A stretch of DNA of 64,000 nt from Polaromonas sp. (GCA_043718065.1 JAYSWJ010000086.1:8456-72455); one strand, 5' to 3'; shown: positions 1 to 10,416, counted from the stretch's first letter. The notes: generated by a model from the letters alone, not told the origin. Numbers and translations are program-made.

Positions 1-234
1 CTGACCACCAAAGCCTTGGCCCAGCGCTTAACCGACTGGCAACTGAGTGGCGACGACGTAGCGCTGGTCGTCGGTGGGCCTGATGGCATCGAGCCTGCCT
101 TTCGTCAAGCCGCGCATGAGCGCGTGCGATTGTCTGACCTTACGCTACCGCACGCCATGGCTCGCGTGCTGCTGATCGAGCAGCTGTACCGCGCATGGTC
201 GGTGAATGCCGGGCATCCGTACCACCGTGAATAA
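1..234 (+). CDS. rlmH: 23S rRNA (pseudouridine1915-N3)-methyltransferase RlmH, C-terminal fragment (5' end outside window)
   Basis: The frame is open from base 1. The C-terminus [29 protein letters not shown] matches the conserved RlmH SPOUT C-terminus. It is followed by maf-rng. Confidence 0.7.
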   Translation: MTTKALAQRLTDWQLSGDDVALVVGGPDGIEPAFRQAAHERVRLSDLTLPHAMARVLLIEQLYRAWSVNAGHPYHRE

Positions 235-242
235 TTTCTCTG

Positions 243-851
243 ATGACTAACTTCATCTACTTGGCATCCCAAAGCCCACGCCGTGCGCAACTGCTAGAGC
301 AAATAGGTGTAAGGTTTGAGCTGCTGTTGCCCGACGCCAGTGAAGATGCCGAAAGCCTAGAAGCTGTGCTGCTGGGCGAAGCGCCGGCCAAGTATGTGGT
401 ACGTGTAACGGCTTTAAAACTTGACGCCGCAGTAGCGCGCATGCAGCGCCGCGGCTTGCCAGCCGCGCCCGTGTTGTGCTCTGACACCACCGTGGCGCTA
501 AGCCGCACTATTTACGGCAAGCCCACTAGCAGCCAAGACGCCCAGCGTATGCTGGGTGAGTTGTCTGGCCACACCCACCGCGTGCTAACTGCGGTAGCCG
601 TGCAAAAAGGCAAAAATCGCGCACAAGTGTTGTCTGCGTCTAAAGTAACTTTTAGCGCGATGACCAGCGCGCAAATTCGCGCTTACGTAGCTACGGGCGA
701 GCCGATGGACAAGGCGGGCGCATATGCTGTGCAGGGCAGGGCTGCTACTTATATTGCCCACATCAGCGGCAGCTACAGCGGCATTATGGGCCTGCCGATG
801 TTTGAAACTGCACAGTTACTGCGTACACTTGGCATCAAGCTGGGCACTTAA
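243..851 (+). CDS. maf: Maf-like nucleoside triphosphate pyrophosphatase
   Basis: 202 aa. The N-terminal IYLASQSPRRAQLLEQIG and C-terminal DKAGAYAVQG...GSYSGIMGLP are Maf family signatures. Confidence 0.85.
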   Translation: MTNFIYLASQSPRRAQLLEQIGVRFELLLPDASEDAESLEAVLLGEAPAKYVVRVTALKLDAAVARMQRRGLPAAPVLCSDTTVALSRTIYGKPTSSQDAQRMLGELSGHTHRVLTAVAVQKGKNRAQVLSASKVTFSAMTSAQIRAYVATGEPMDKAGAYAVQGRAATYIAHISGSYSGIMGLPMFETAQLLRTLGIKLGT

Positions 852-887
852 ATTCTACGAGTGGCCCCAGCGTAATCAAGACACCCT

Positions 888-2369
888 ATGCAGCAAGATA
901 TTTTGATCAACTGGAGCCCACAAGAAACCCGCGTGGCCGTGGTAGAAAATGGCGCGGTGCAAGAGCTGCATGTCGAGCGCAGCCTAGAGCGCGGCCTAGT
1001 GGGCAATATTTACCTAGGCAAAGTAGCGCGCGTGCTGCCGGGCATGCAGTCGGCTTTTATTGACATTGGTCTAGAGCGTGCGGCATTTTTGCACGTGGCT
1101 GATTTGATGACGGCCTTTGTCAGCACGCGCGGTGCAGACGGCGATGCCGCCAAGTCTGCTACCCCCGCCATACCGATTGAAAAGCAAGTTTTTGAAGGCC
1201 AAGCGCTGATGGTGCAGGTGATCAAAGATCCTATTGGCAGCAAAGGCGCACGACTGTCTACACAGGTCAGTATTGCAGGCAGGCAACTGGTGTTTTTGCC
1301 GCAAGATAACCATATCGGTATATCGCAAAAAATACCGGTGGCGCAGCGCGATGCTTTGCGTGCCAAGGTAGTGCAACTGGCAGGTGATGCAGGTGGCGGG
1401 TTTATTTTGCGCACCAACGCAGAGGAAGCAACGGACACTGAGCTGGCGGACGATGTAGCCTACTTGCGCAAGGCTTGGACGCGCATCAAGGATGCATCTA
1501 CTACGCTGCCGGCTAAATCGGTGCTGCACACAGATCTGAATTTGCTGCAGCGCGTGCTGCGAGATTTGGTCAGTGACCAAACCCAAAGTATCCGCATCGA
1601 CTCACGTGAGCAGTTTGACATGCTGGCTACGTTTGGCCAAGATTACATGCCTGCCACCACTGACAAACTGCAGCACTACAAAGGTGAGCGTCCTATATTT
1701 GACCTGTACCACATCGACGAAGATGTGGCCAAGGCACTGGGCCGCCGTGTAGATTTGAAATCTGGCGGCTATCTCATCATTGACCAAACCGAGGCGCTGA
1801 CCACGGTAGACGTGAACACCGGCGGGTTTGTGGGTGCGCGCAATTTTGACGACACCATTTTTAAAACTAATCTTGAAGCTACGCAAGCCATAGCGCGCCA
1901 GCTGCGCCTGCGCAATTTGGGCGGTGTGGTGATTGTCGACTTTATCGACATGACACTAGAAGACCATCGTGGCCAAGTGCTGACAGAGTTTCGCAAGCAA
2001 TTGGCTCGCGACAGAGTTAAAACCTCGGCAGGCGAATTCTCGCAGCTAGGTTTGGTGGAGATGACACGCAAACGCACCCGCGAGTCGCTGGCGCACATGC
2101 TGTGCGAGCCGTGCCCCGTATGCCAAGGTAAAGGCACTGTCAAGACACCGCGCAGCGTGGCGTACGACATACTGCGCGAGATTTTGCGCGAGGCCCGCCA
2201 GTTCAACCCTAAAGAGTTTCGCGTTGTGGCTGCACCGCAAGTGGTAGAGCTATTTTTAGACGAAGAAAGCCAGCACTTGGCAGGTCTGTCAGACTTCATC
2301 GGCAAGCCTATTTCACTGCAAACTGAAGGCAGCATGAGCCAAGAGCAGTACGATATTGTGCTGATGTGA
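888..2369 (+). CDS. rng: Ribonuclease G (RNase E/G family)
   Basis: 493 aa. It has an S1-like N-terminus (ETRVAVVENGAVQELHVER, GNIYLGKV), a catalytic-core motif (IDQTEALTTVDVNTG) and CPxC (CEPCPVCQGKG). Confidence 0.9.
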   Translation: MQQDILINWSPQETRVAVVENGAVQELHVERSLERGLVGNIYLGKVARVLPGMQSAFIDIGLERAAFLHVADLMTAFVSTRGADGDAAKSATPAIPIEKQVFEGQALMVQVIKDPIGSKGARLSTQVSIAGRQLVFLPQDNHIGISQKIPVAQRDALRAKVVQLAGDAGGGFILRTNAEEATDTELADDVAYLRKAWTRIKDASTTLPAKSVLHTDLNLLQRVLRDLVSDQTQSIRIDSREQFDMLATFGQDYMPATTDKLQHYKGERPIFDLYHIDEDVAKALGRRVDLKSGGYLIIDQTEALTTVDVNTGGFVGARNFDDTIFKTNLEATQAIARQLRLRNLGGVVIVDFIDMTLEDHRGQVLTEFRKQLARDRVKTSAGEFSQLGLVEMTRKRTRESLAHMLCEPCPVCQGKGTVKTPRSVAYDILREILREARQFNPKEFRVVAAPQVVELFLDEESQHLAGLSDFIGKPISLQTEGSMSQEQYDIVLM

Positions 2370-2413
2370 TGCGAACTGGTTGAGCTAGATGACAACCCAA
2401 TCAACGCGATGAA

Positions 2414-3145
2414 ATGAGCAATAGCGCTATCCCCATTTTGATGTATCACCAGATTGACGCGCGGCCCGCGCGCGGCGAGGTGATGCGCGGGCTGGTAGTG
2501 TCGCCGCAGGCATTTGGGCGGCAAATGGGGCTGCTTAAAGCTTTGGGTTACCAAGGCTTGAGCATGGCGGCATTGATGCCCTATTTACGCGGCGAGAAAA
2601 GTGGCAAAGTTTTTGGCATTACCTTTGATGACGGCTATGTCAACAACCTAGACCACTCTATGCCTGTGCTGCAGCGCTATGGCTTTAGCGCCACATGCTA
2701 CATGGTGAGCGCGCAGTTGGGTGGGTCTAACATATGGGACCACAACAAAGGTATTGCAGCTAAACCCTTAATGCATGCTACCCACGCCCGTGCTTGGGTA
2801 GCGGGTGGGCAAGAAGTGGGTGCGCATACGCGTAACCATATCGACCTGCGCACGTTGAACGCAACACAGGCCATGCAAGAAATTGCGGGCTGCAAAGCCG
2901 AGCTAGAAGACGCTTGCGGTGCTGCAGTGAACCAGTTTTGCTACCCCTACGGCTTCTACACAGCTACCCACGCGGCGCAAGTGCAAGAAGCAGGTTTTGC
3001 GGCTGCCACCACCACCGCCCGCGCGCGCAGCCAATGCAGTGACAGCCTGTGGGAGCTGCCCCGCGTGCCTGTGATGGGATCAGTCTGGTTGCCACAGTTT
3101 TGGCGTAAAGTCGCCACGGGTTATGAAGACCAGCGACGTGGATAG
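2414..3145 (+). CDS. Polysaccharide deacetylase (NodB-homology) family protein
   Basis: 243 aa. ILMYHQI, FGITFDDGY and HTRNH motifs are typical of the CE4/NodB fold. Confidence 0.7.
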   Translation: MSNSAIPILMYHQIDARPARGEVMRGLVVSPQAFGRQMGLLKALGYQGLSMAALMPYLRGEKSGKVFGITFDDGYVNNLDHSMPVLQRYGFSATCYMVSAQLGGSNIWDHNKGIAAKPLMHATHARAWVAGGQEVGAHTRNHIDLRTLNATQAMQEIAGCKAELEDACGAAVNQFCYPYGFYTATHAAQVQEAGFAAATTTARARSQCSDSLWELPRVPVMGSVWLPQFWRKVATGYEDQRRG

Positions 3146-4310
3146 TTCTGCATCCATCAGCCCACGGCGTTTAAAAATTGCCGTGCTTAACCGCGTGTTT
3201 TCACCCACAGGCGGTGGCGCAGAGCGCTATTCGATGGCGTTGGTAGAGCAATTGTCCGCACGGCATGAGGTGCATGTGTTTGCCCAAGAGATTAACCACC
3301 AATGGCCGGGCGTGCATTACCACTGTATTGCTTGTTGGTTTAAAAAACCGCGTTGGTTGAACCAGGTGTGGTATGCCTACGCTACCTGGCGCGCAACGCG
3401 CAAAGGTTTTGACATTGTGCATTCGCATGAGAATGTGTGGCATGGCAATGTGCATACCATGCATGTCAAGACCGTGCAGCGCAGTTTGTTGGGTGATGCT
3501 GCAGGAAAGCTCAAAGGGTTTGCGCTGGTTCTGCGGCGTTTAAAGATTGCATTCAGCCCAAGATTGTTAACTTACTTAACCCTAGAGCGTGCGCGGCTGG
3601 CGGCACGTGCCGACATGGCGGTGGTGGCTGCATCAACACCACTGCAAGCTGAGCTGGTAGCGCAATATCCACACTTGGTCACAGTCATCAGCACTGTCAC
3701 GCCTGGCGTCAATATACCCAAAGTGCGCATGCCAATTGCAGATGCGCGCCGCGCGTTAGGCGTACCTGGTGACAGCCAATGCATTGCCTTTGTTGCCAAC
3801 GACTATGCACGCAAAGGATTACCCACATTATTGGTTGCGCTGCAAAAATTACCCGGTGTACAGTTGTTGATCGCAGGGCATGCAGGCCAAATAGTGCAGT
3901 TCAAAGCTGTGGCGAAATCACTGGGCATACTACAGCGGGTACATTTTTTAGGACCTATGCAAGACGTGGCCCCAGTGTATTGCGCTGCTAACGTGCTGGC
4001 GCACCCCACGCTAGAGGATGCCTTTGCCATGGTAGTACTAGAAGCCATGGCGCATGGTGTGCCAGCGGTGGTCAGCCGCGCGCCGTACTGCGGTATTTCA
4101 GCACTTTTGGCCGATGGGAAAAATGCTGTGTTGCTGGAGCAGCCGCAAGACGCAGCCATGCTATCCGCGGCCTTGCAGCACGTGTTGAATGACCATGCTG
4201 CTGCAGATAGCTTGGCGCAAGAAGGCCTAGCATTCGCACTGCTACATACTTGGGACTCTGCAGCACGTGCCTATGAAGCTGTGTATTATCGGCTTTGTAC
4301 TAACAACTAG
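3123..4310 (+). CDS. Glycosyltransferase, GT-B fold (family 1/4-like)
   Basis: 395 aa. N-terminal GGAERY and C-terminal HPTLEDAFAMVVLEAMAHGVPAV (EX7E-type motif). The start is uncertain because it overlaps the upstream gene. Confidence 0.75.
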   Translation: MKTSDVDSSASISPRRLKIAVLNRVFSPTGGGAERYSMALVEQLSARHEVHVFAQEINHQWPGVHYHCIACWFKKPRWLNQVWYAYATWRATRKGFDIVHSHENVWHGNVHTMHVKTVQRSLLGDAAGKLKGFALVLRRLKIAFSPRLLTYLTLERARLAARADMAVVAASTPLQAELVAQYPHLVTVISTVTPGVNIPKVRMPIADARRALGVPGDSQCIAFVANDYARKGLPTLLVALQKLPGVQLLIAGHAGQIVQFKAVAKSLGILQRVHFLGPMQDVAPVYCAANVLAHPTLEDAFAMVVLEAMAHGVPAVVSRAPYCGISALLADGKNAVLLEQPQDAAMLSAALQHVLNDHAAADSLAQEGLAFALLHTWDSAARAYEAVYYRLCTNN

Positions 4311-5740
4311 CCGTGTTTCAACGCCACCGTCTTGACGGTAGTAAACCCATACAGCGCCTCAAACCCTTTCTCGCGCCCGTAGCCTGACGATTTGACGCCT
4401 CCAAAGGGTAGCTCTACGCCGCCACCTGCGCCGTAATTGTTGATAAATACTTGGCCAGATTGCAAGCGTTTGGCCATGCGCATTTGGCGGCTGCCGTCGC
4501 GGGTCCACACGCCTGCTACTAGCCCGAACCGTGTGGCGTTGGCCAGCTGTATGGCGTGGTCTTCATCAGTAAACTTCATGGCGCATAGCACGGGGCCGAA
4601 GATTTCTTCTTGCGACAGGCGGTGGGTGATAGGCACGTCGCGCAGCAGAGTAGGTGCTTGGTAGAAGCCGCTCTCGGGTGCATCGTCTACCACGCTGCCT
4701 TGGGCTACCATGCCAATGCCTGCTACTTGGGCGTCGCTTAAAAAATCCCACACGCGCTGCTGCTGGCTTTGGCGAATTAGCGGGCCTACGTCTAGGTCCA
4801 TTGCAGCGGGGCCGACGCGCAAGTTGTTAAACGCTTGACCTAAGCGCTCAAGCAAGTTTTCATAAATCAAGTCGTCCACTAGCAGGCGCGAGCCTGCGCT
4901 GCAAGTTTGCCCGGCATTTTGCACGATAGCGTTGACGATGGTGGGTATAGCGGCGTCTAGGTCCGCATCGGCAAAAACGATTTGTGGGCTTTTGCCGCCT
5001 AGCTCTAGCGTGACAGGGCAATGGCGCTCGGCAGCCACTTGGGCAATGATGGTGCCCACGCTGGGGCTGCCGGTAAAGCTGATGTGGTCAATGCCGGCAT
5101 GGCGCGCCAGCGCGTCGCCTACCTCGTGGCCGTAGCCGGTGACGATGTTGATAGCGCCCGCTGGAAAGCCTGCTTCGGTAGCCAGCTGCGCTACCTTCAG
5201 CACCGACAAACATGCGTCCTCTGATGGTTTGACCACGCACACATTGCCTGCGGCTAGCGCGCCGCCCACGCTGCGGCCAAAAATTTGCATCGGGTAGTTC
5301 CACGCAATGATATTGCCCACCACGCCGTACGGCTCGCGCCAGGTAAACACGCTGTAACCGTCTTGGTACGGAATGGTGTGGCCGTGCAGCTTGTCGCAAG
5401 CGCCAGCGTAGAACTCAAAATAGCGGGCCAGCGCCACTGCATCGGCACGCGCTTGCTTGGTGGGTTTGCCGCAGTCGCGCTGCTCTATCAGCGCCAGTTC
5501 TTCGGCATGCTCAGTTATCTTGACTGACAGGCGCATCATCAGGCGGCCACGCTCTGTGGCGCTCAGCTTGCTCCACACCGTGTCGTAGCAGCGGCGGGCG
5601 GCGCGCACCGCTTTGTCAATGTCGTCGGCGTTGCCACGTGCAATCTCTTCAAACGGCTGGCCGTCTGATGGGTCTATCATCTGCAAAGTACGGCCAGATG
5701 ACGATGGGATGGGGGTGTTGGCTATGTAGTGGGTTTGCAT
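4307..5740 (-). CDS. NAD(P)+-dependent aldehyde dehydrogenase (context suggests 2,5-dioxovalerate / alpha-ketoglutarate semialdehyde dehydrogenase)
   Basis: ALDH motifs are present: VTLELGGKSP, catalytic-Cys region NAGQTCSAGSR, and EEIFGPV. The start is placed at the internal ATG (MQTHY) at 5740. The specific substrate is inferred from neighbouring genes only. Confidence 0.8.
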   Translation of the reverse strand: MQTHYIANTPIPSSSGRTLQMIDPSDGQPFEEIARGNADDIDKAVRAARRCYDTVWSKLSATERGRLMMRLSVKITEHAEELALIEQRDCGKPTKQARADAVALARYFEFYAGACDKLHGHTIPYQDGYSVFTWREPYGVVGNIIAWNYPMQIFGRSVGGALAAGNVCVVKPSEDACLSVLKVAQLATEAGFPAGAINIVTGYGHEVGDALARHAGIDHISFTGSPSVGTIIAQVAAERHCPVTLELGGKSPQIVFADADLDAAIPTIVNAIVQNAGQTCSAGSRLLVDDLIYENLLERLGQAFNNLRVGPAAMDLDVGPLIRQSQQQRVWDFLSDAQVAGIGMVAQGSVVDDAPESGFYQAPTLLRDVPITHRLSQEEIFGPVLCAMKFTDEDHAIQLANATRFGLVAGVWTRDGSRQMRMAKRLQSGQVFINNYGAGGGVELPFGGVKSSGYGREKGFEALYGFTTVKTVALKHG

Positions 5741-6070
5741 AGCTGTTGATTGTGCAATAAATACACTAGCTTGACTATTTAGGTATAAAGTGGCCTGTAA
5801 CACAAGTAGATAATGCTCAAGCAGCTATTTAAAAAATAGCATTAGAATCTTGAACTAGGCGATTTTTGTAACCAATGCCTCTTGCGCCTGGCGCATTCTT
5901 TCGCGGCTGTTACCTAAGTGTATGCGCATGCGGCGCGCATAGCGGCCAAATGCCGGCTAGCTAATTTGAGCGGCGGTTTGTTGCGCGGTTGAACGCTTTG
6001 GGCTTCACGGGTATTTGCGAGTGGCGGCATGCTTGACGCGAGTATTTCTCTCGCTTAATAATCCAACTCA

Positions 6071-6085
6071 AGTTGTCTGACAACT
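6071..6085. promoter_or_regulatory. Perfect 7-1-7 palindrome AGTTGTC-T-GACAACT upstream of the sugar-acid operon (candidate GntR-type operator)
   Basis: The palindrome is read directly. It lies 20-30 nt upstream of the udh-like start. The TTGTC..GACAA core resembles GntR/FadR-type operators. No regulator gene is in the window. Confidence 0.35.
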
Positions 6086-6105
6086 AATGACTCTAAACTT
6101 TTCTA

Positions 6106-6927
6106 GTGTTCACCATGACAGCGCCACACACAGTTAAAACTTTTCATCGCCTCTTGTTGACAGGTGCTGCAGGCGGTTTGGGCCAAGTGTTGCGGCAAAG
6201 CTTGAAACCCTACGCTGGGGTGATGAGGTTATCCGATATCCAGCCTTTAAGCGATAGTGATGCGGCAGAAGAATGTTGCCCGTGCAATCTGGCCGATAAA
6301 GCTGCAGTACACGCCTTGCTGGCAGGCGTAGACGCTGTAGTGCACATGGGCGGCGTGTCCGTGGAGCGGCCTTTTGAAGAAGTGTTAGACGCCAATATTA
6401 AAGGCGTTTTTAATCTGTACGAGGCTGCGCGCGTGCACGATGTGCGCCGCATAGTGTTTGCCAGCTCAAACCACGTGATGGGGTTTCACCCACAAGGCGA
6501 TATGTTGGATGCAAGCAGCGCCAAACGGCCCGATGGCTACTATGGCCTGTCCAAATCGTATGGCGAAGATTTGTCACGTTTTTATTTTGACCGTTACGGC
6601 ATCGAGACAGTGTGCCTGCGCATCGGCTCATCGTTTGCCGAGCCGAAAGACCGCCGCATGCTGGTAACTTGGCTAAGCTACCGCGACCTCACCGAGCTGG
6701 TGCGCTGTGCGTTGTTTGCACCCAATGTGGGCCACACCGTGGTGTACGGCGTGTCGAACAACCGCGACAATTGGTGGGACAACAGCCAAGCGGCGCATCT
6801 GGGGTTTGTAGCGCAAGACAGCTCAGAGCCGTTTCGCGCCAAGCTGGAAAGTACGCCAGCACTGGACGCTGCAGACCCCGCCAAGATCTACCAAGGCGGC
6901 GGTTTTGTCAAAGCCGGGCCGTTCTAG
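6106..6927 (+). CDS. udh: Uronate dehydrogenase-like NAD-dependent SDR/epimerase family oxidoreductase
   Basis: It is colinear with my recollection of Agrobacterium/Pseudomonas Udh: LLLTGAAGGLG, VHMGGVSVERPFEEVL..NI.G.FNLYEAAR, IVFASSNH, PDGYYGLSK, WWDNS. An alternative ATG start lies at 6115. Confidence 0.7.
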   Translation: MFTMTAPHTVKTFHRLLLTGAAGGLGQVLRQSLKPYAGVMRLSDIQPLSDSDAAEECCPCNLADKAAVHALLAGVDAVVHMGGVSVERPFEEVLDANIKGVFNLYEAARVHDVRRIVFASSNHVMGFHPQGDMLDASSAKRPDGYYGLSKSYGEDLSRFYFDRYGIETVCLRIGSSFAEPKDRRMLVTWLSYRDLTELVRCALFAPNVGHTVVYGVSNNRDNWWDNSQAAHLGFVAQDSSEPFRAKLESTPALDAADPAKIYQGGGFVKAGPF

Positions 6928-6928
6928 C

Positions 6929-7852
6929 ATGACCGCTGCAGAGCTTATCGTTGATGCACGCAACAGCGTGGGCGAAAGCCCTGTGTGGCACCACGCAGAT
7001 CGCGCGCTGTACTGGGTAGATATTCCACAAAAAAAAGTACATCAATGGTTGGCTAGCACTGGGCAGGTACGTACCTGGACAGCGCCCGAGATGGTGGGCT
7101 GTATTGCCATGCACAGTGCGGGTGGTTGGATTGCGGGTATGGAAAGCGGCATTTTTCATGTGCATTTAAACGGCTGCGATGCGGCCAACAGCACGGGTGC
7201 GCTTGGCCATTGCACAATGCAAACTACACGGCTAGTAGAGGCACCACACAGTACCAGCGGCATGCGCTTTAACGATGGCCGCTGCGACAGGCAAGGGCGC
7301 TTTGTGGCAGGTACCATGATGGTTAATATGGCCGTTAACAAAGGTAATCCCTGCTTAAGCAGCTATGAAAATAATACTAACCTAAAGCAGCTTGTAGGCA
7401 ACATGATCGTGCCTAATGGCTTAGCCTTCAGCCCCGATGGACGCACCATGTACCTAAGCGACTCGCACCCCAGCGTGCAAACCGTATGGGCGTTTGACTA
7501 CGACACGGCTACCGGAACACCTACCAACCGCCGTGTGTTTGTGAACATGAGCCTGCTGCCCGGCCGCCCCGATGGCGCAGCGGTGGACGCTGATGGCTGC
7601 TACTGGATTTGCGGCAACGACGCAGGCCTGGTGCACCGCTTTACGCCGCAAGGCAAGCTAGACCAATCGCTGGCCGTGCCGGTTAAAAAACCCGCCATGT
7701 GCGCCTTTGGTGGCGACGACATGCGCACGCTGTTTGTCACGTCCATTCGTCCCGACGGTATTGATTTGGCAGACCAGCCACTGGCGGGTGGCGTGTTTGC
7801 GCTGCGCCCAGGTGTGCAAGGCTTGCCTGAGCCAACATTTGCTGCAACTTAA
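6929..7852 (+). CDS. SMP-30/gluconolactonase/LRE family lactonase
   Basis: GESPVWH, ALYWVDI, RFNDGRCD, PNGLAFSPDG and DG..VDADG are six-blade propeller lactonase motifs. The ATG at 6929 abuts the udh stop. Confidence 0.75.
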   Translation: MTAAELIVDARNSVGESPVWHHADRALYWVDIPQKKVHQWLASTGQVRTWTAPEMVGCIAMHSAGGWIAGMESGIFHVHLNGCDAANSTGALGHCTMQTTRLVEAPHSTSGMRFNDGRCDRQGRFVAGTMMVNMAVNKGNPCLSSYENNTNLKQLVGNMIVPNGLAFSPDGRTMYLSDSHPSVQTVWAFDYDTATGTPTNRRVFVNMSLLPGRPDGAAVDADGCYWICGNDAGLVHRFTPQGKLDQSLAVPVKKPAMCAFGGDDMRTLFVTSIRPDGIDLADQPLAGGVFALRPGVQGLPEPTFAAT

Positions 7853-7872
7853 CTTTAAATTAAAGAAAAACT

Positions 7873-9633
7873 ATGACCAGAAAAAAACCTGAAGAATTGC
7901 GCAGCCACCGCTGGTACGGCGTACAAGACCTGCGCAGCTTTGGCCATCGCTCGCGCACTGCGCAAATGGGCTACCACCGCAGCGACTACGCAGGCAAGCC
8001 GGTAATTGCCATCATCAACACCTGGAGCGACATCAACCCCTGCCACACGCACTTTAAGCAGCGGGTCGAAGAGATCAAACGTGGAATTTGGCAGGCGGGC
8101 GGGTTCCCGGTGGAGACGCCAGCGATCAGCCTAAGCGAGCCAATGCAAAAGCCCACCACGATGTTGTACCGCAACCTACTGGCGATGGAAACCGAAGAAT
8201 TGTTAAGGTCATACCCTGCCGACGGCTGTGTGTTGATGGGCGGCTGCGACAAGACCACGCCAGCCCTCATCATGGGTGCGATCAGCATGAACCTGCCCAC
8301 CATCTTTATGCCCGCAGGCCCGATGCTAAGCGGTGACTACAAGGGCGGCGTAATCGGCAGCGGATCGGACACTTGGAAATACTGGGCCGAGCTGCGCGCG
8401 GGCAACATCACCCAGCAAGATTGGCAAGAGGTAGAAGACGGCATTGCCCGCAGCCCCGGCCATTGCATGACCATGGGCACGGCCAGCACGTTGACCAGCG
8501 CGGCCGAGGCAATGGGCCTCACATTGCCCGGCGCAGCCAGCATCCCCGCGCCCGACTCGCGCCACGCGCAGATGGCCACGCTGACTGGCAAGCACATTGT
8601 CGACATGGTGTGGGACGACATCAAGCCGTCCGACATTTTGACCAAAGCATCTTTCGACAACGCTGTTACCACCGTGCTGGCGCTGGGCGGCAGCACCAAC
8701 AGCATCGTGCACCTGGTGGCGATGGCGCGGCGTGCAGGCGTTGATTTGAATATCGACCAGTTTGATGCAATGGCGCGCAAAACGCCGGTGCTGGCTAACC
8801 TGCGTCCCAGCGGCAAGTTTTTGATGGAAGACTTTTACTACGCAGGCGGCTTGCGTGCGCTGCTGACGCAGCTAGGCGATGTGAAGACGGGCGGCTTGCT
8901 GGACGGTAGCGCCAAAACCATCATGGGTACTACGTTGGGTGACAACATTGCTGATGCCAAGGTGTACAACGACGACGTGATTCGCCCTATGAGCAACCCG
9001 CTAGTGCCCAAAGATGGCTTGGCAGTGCTGTACGGCAACATTGCGCCCGGCGGCGCTGTTATCAAACCGTCAGCGATGGAGGCGAAGTTTTACAAACACA
9101 CTGGCAAAGCTGTGGTGTTCAAAGACTACAACGACATGAACGCCCGCATTGATGCGCCGGAATTGGATGTAACGGCCGATAGCGTGATCGTGCTGCAAAG
9201 CGCAGGCCCGCAGGGCGCGCCCGGCATGCCTGAATGGGGGCAGTTGCCCATCCCGCAAAAATTGCTCAAACAAGGCGTGCGCGACATGCTGCGTATATCC
9301 GATGCCCGCATGAGTGGCACCAGCTACGGTGCCTGTGTGTTGCACGTTACCCCCGAGAGCCATGTGGGTGGCCCACTCGCCTTGGTGCAAGACGGCGACT
9401 TGATCACGTTAGACATCGAAGCGCGCAGCATCAGCATGGCGGTAAGCGATGCTGAATTGACTAAACGCCGCAGCGCCTGGCTGCCGCCAATACCCAAGTT
9501 CAGTCGAGGCTACGGCGCGCTGTACTTAAAGCACATCCAGCAAGCCGACAAGGGCTGCGATTTTGACTTTTTAGAAACCAATTACGCAGCAAACCAAAAC
9601 ACGCCTGCGGCAGGCGAACCGGAGATTCATTAA
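7873..9633 (+). CDS. IlvD/Edd family sugar-acid dehydratase
   Basis: 586 aa. [18 protein letters not shown] and RMSGTSYG motifs are present. The N-terminus resembles arabinonate/xylonate-type members. Confidence 0.85.
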   Translation: MTRKKPEELRSHRWYGVQDLRSFGHRSRTAQMGYHRSDYAGKPVIAIINTWSDINPCHTHFKQRVEEIKRGIWQAGGFPVETPAISLSEPMQKPTTMLYRNLLAMETEELLRSYPADGCVLMGGCDKTTPALIMGAISMNLPTIFMPAGPMLSGDYKGGVIGSGSDTWKYWAELRAGNITQQDWQEVEDGIARSPGHCMTMGTASTLTSAAEAMGLTLPGAASIPAPDSRHAQMATLTGKHIVDMVWDDIKPSDILTKASFDNAVTTVLALGGSTNSIVHLVAMARRAGVDLNIDQFDAMARKTPVLANLRPSGKFLMEDFYYAGGLRALLTQLGDVKTGGLLDGSAKTIMGTTLGDNIADAKVYNDDVIRPMSNPLVPKDGLAVLYGNIAPGGAVIKPSAMEAKFYKHTGKAVVFKDYNDMNARIDAPELDVTADSVIVLQSAGPQGAPGMPEWGQLPIPQKLLKQGVRDMLRISDARMSGTSYGACVLHVTPESHVGGPLALVQDGDLITLDIEARSISMAVSDAELTKRRSAWLPPIPKFSRGYGALYLKHIQQADKGCDFDFLETNYAANQNTPAAGEPEIH

Positions 9634-10362
9634 ATGGCCCTATCACCAGACACTAAAAGCAAGTTCATGGGTGTGAGCGCCGCCACACTGTGTACGGCAT
9701 TGTTCAAACGCGGCTTGCGCAACCAGTTTATCCAAGACGTGCGGCCTGTGAATACCGACCTCACAGACCAGCAGCCCAATATGGTGGGCGAGGCCTTCAC
9801 GCTGCGCTACATTCCTGCGCGTGAAGATTTAAATCCCATCACCGTGTTTCAAGACCGCGCGCACCCCCAGCGCGTGGCCGTAGAGCAGTGCCCGCCCGGT
9901 GCGGTAATGGTGTTTGACAGCCGCAAAGACGCACGCGCCGCGTCGGCAGGGTCGATTCTGATCACGCGCCTGATGGTTCGTGGCTGTGCAGGTGCTGTCA
10001 CCGATGGCGGCTTTAGAGATTCACCCGAGATTGCGGCCATGCCGTTTCCTTGCTACCACCAGCGCCCCAGCGCGCCAACCAATCTAACTTTGCACCAAGC
10101 GCTAGACATTAACGTTCCCATCGGCTGCGGCGACGTAGCCGTATGGCCCGGCGATGTGATGGTGGGCGACAAAGAAGGGGTGATAGTCATCCCCGCGCAT
10201 TTGGCAGACGAGATTGCCGCAGAGGCTGTAGAGATGACAGCGTTTGAAGATTTTGTGCTGCACCAAGTGCAGGGCGGGCGCAGTATTGTGGGCTTGTATC
10301 CACCCACCGACCCGCAAGCCAAAGACGATTTTGCAGCTTGGCGTAGAGTGCACATGCGCTAA
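9634..10362 (+). CDS. RraA-like / HMG-CHA aldolase family protein
   Basis: 242 aa. GSILITRLMVRGCAGAVTDGGFRD and DKEGVIVIP are typical of the RraA/aldolase fold. The start abuts the dehydratase stop. Confidence 0.65.
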   Translation: MALSPDTKSKFMGVSAATLCTALFKRGLRNQFIQDVRPVNTDLTDQQPNMVGEAFTLRYIPAREDLNPITVFQDRAHPQRVAVEQCPPGAVMVFDSRKDARAASAGSILITRLMVRGCAGAVTDGGFRDSPEIAAMPFPCYHQRPSAPTNLTLHQALDINVPIGCGDVAVWPGDVMVGDKEGVIVIPAHLADEIAAEAVEMTAFEDFVLHQVQGGRSIVGLYPPTDPQAKDDFAAWRRVHMR

Positions 10363-10416
10363 CCATGCACGGGTTTATCGCGCTAACTACGAGTCGATTT
10401 TTATGACTCTAACTGC

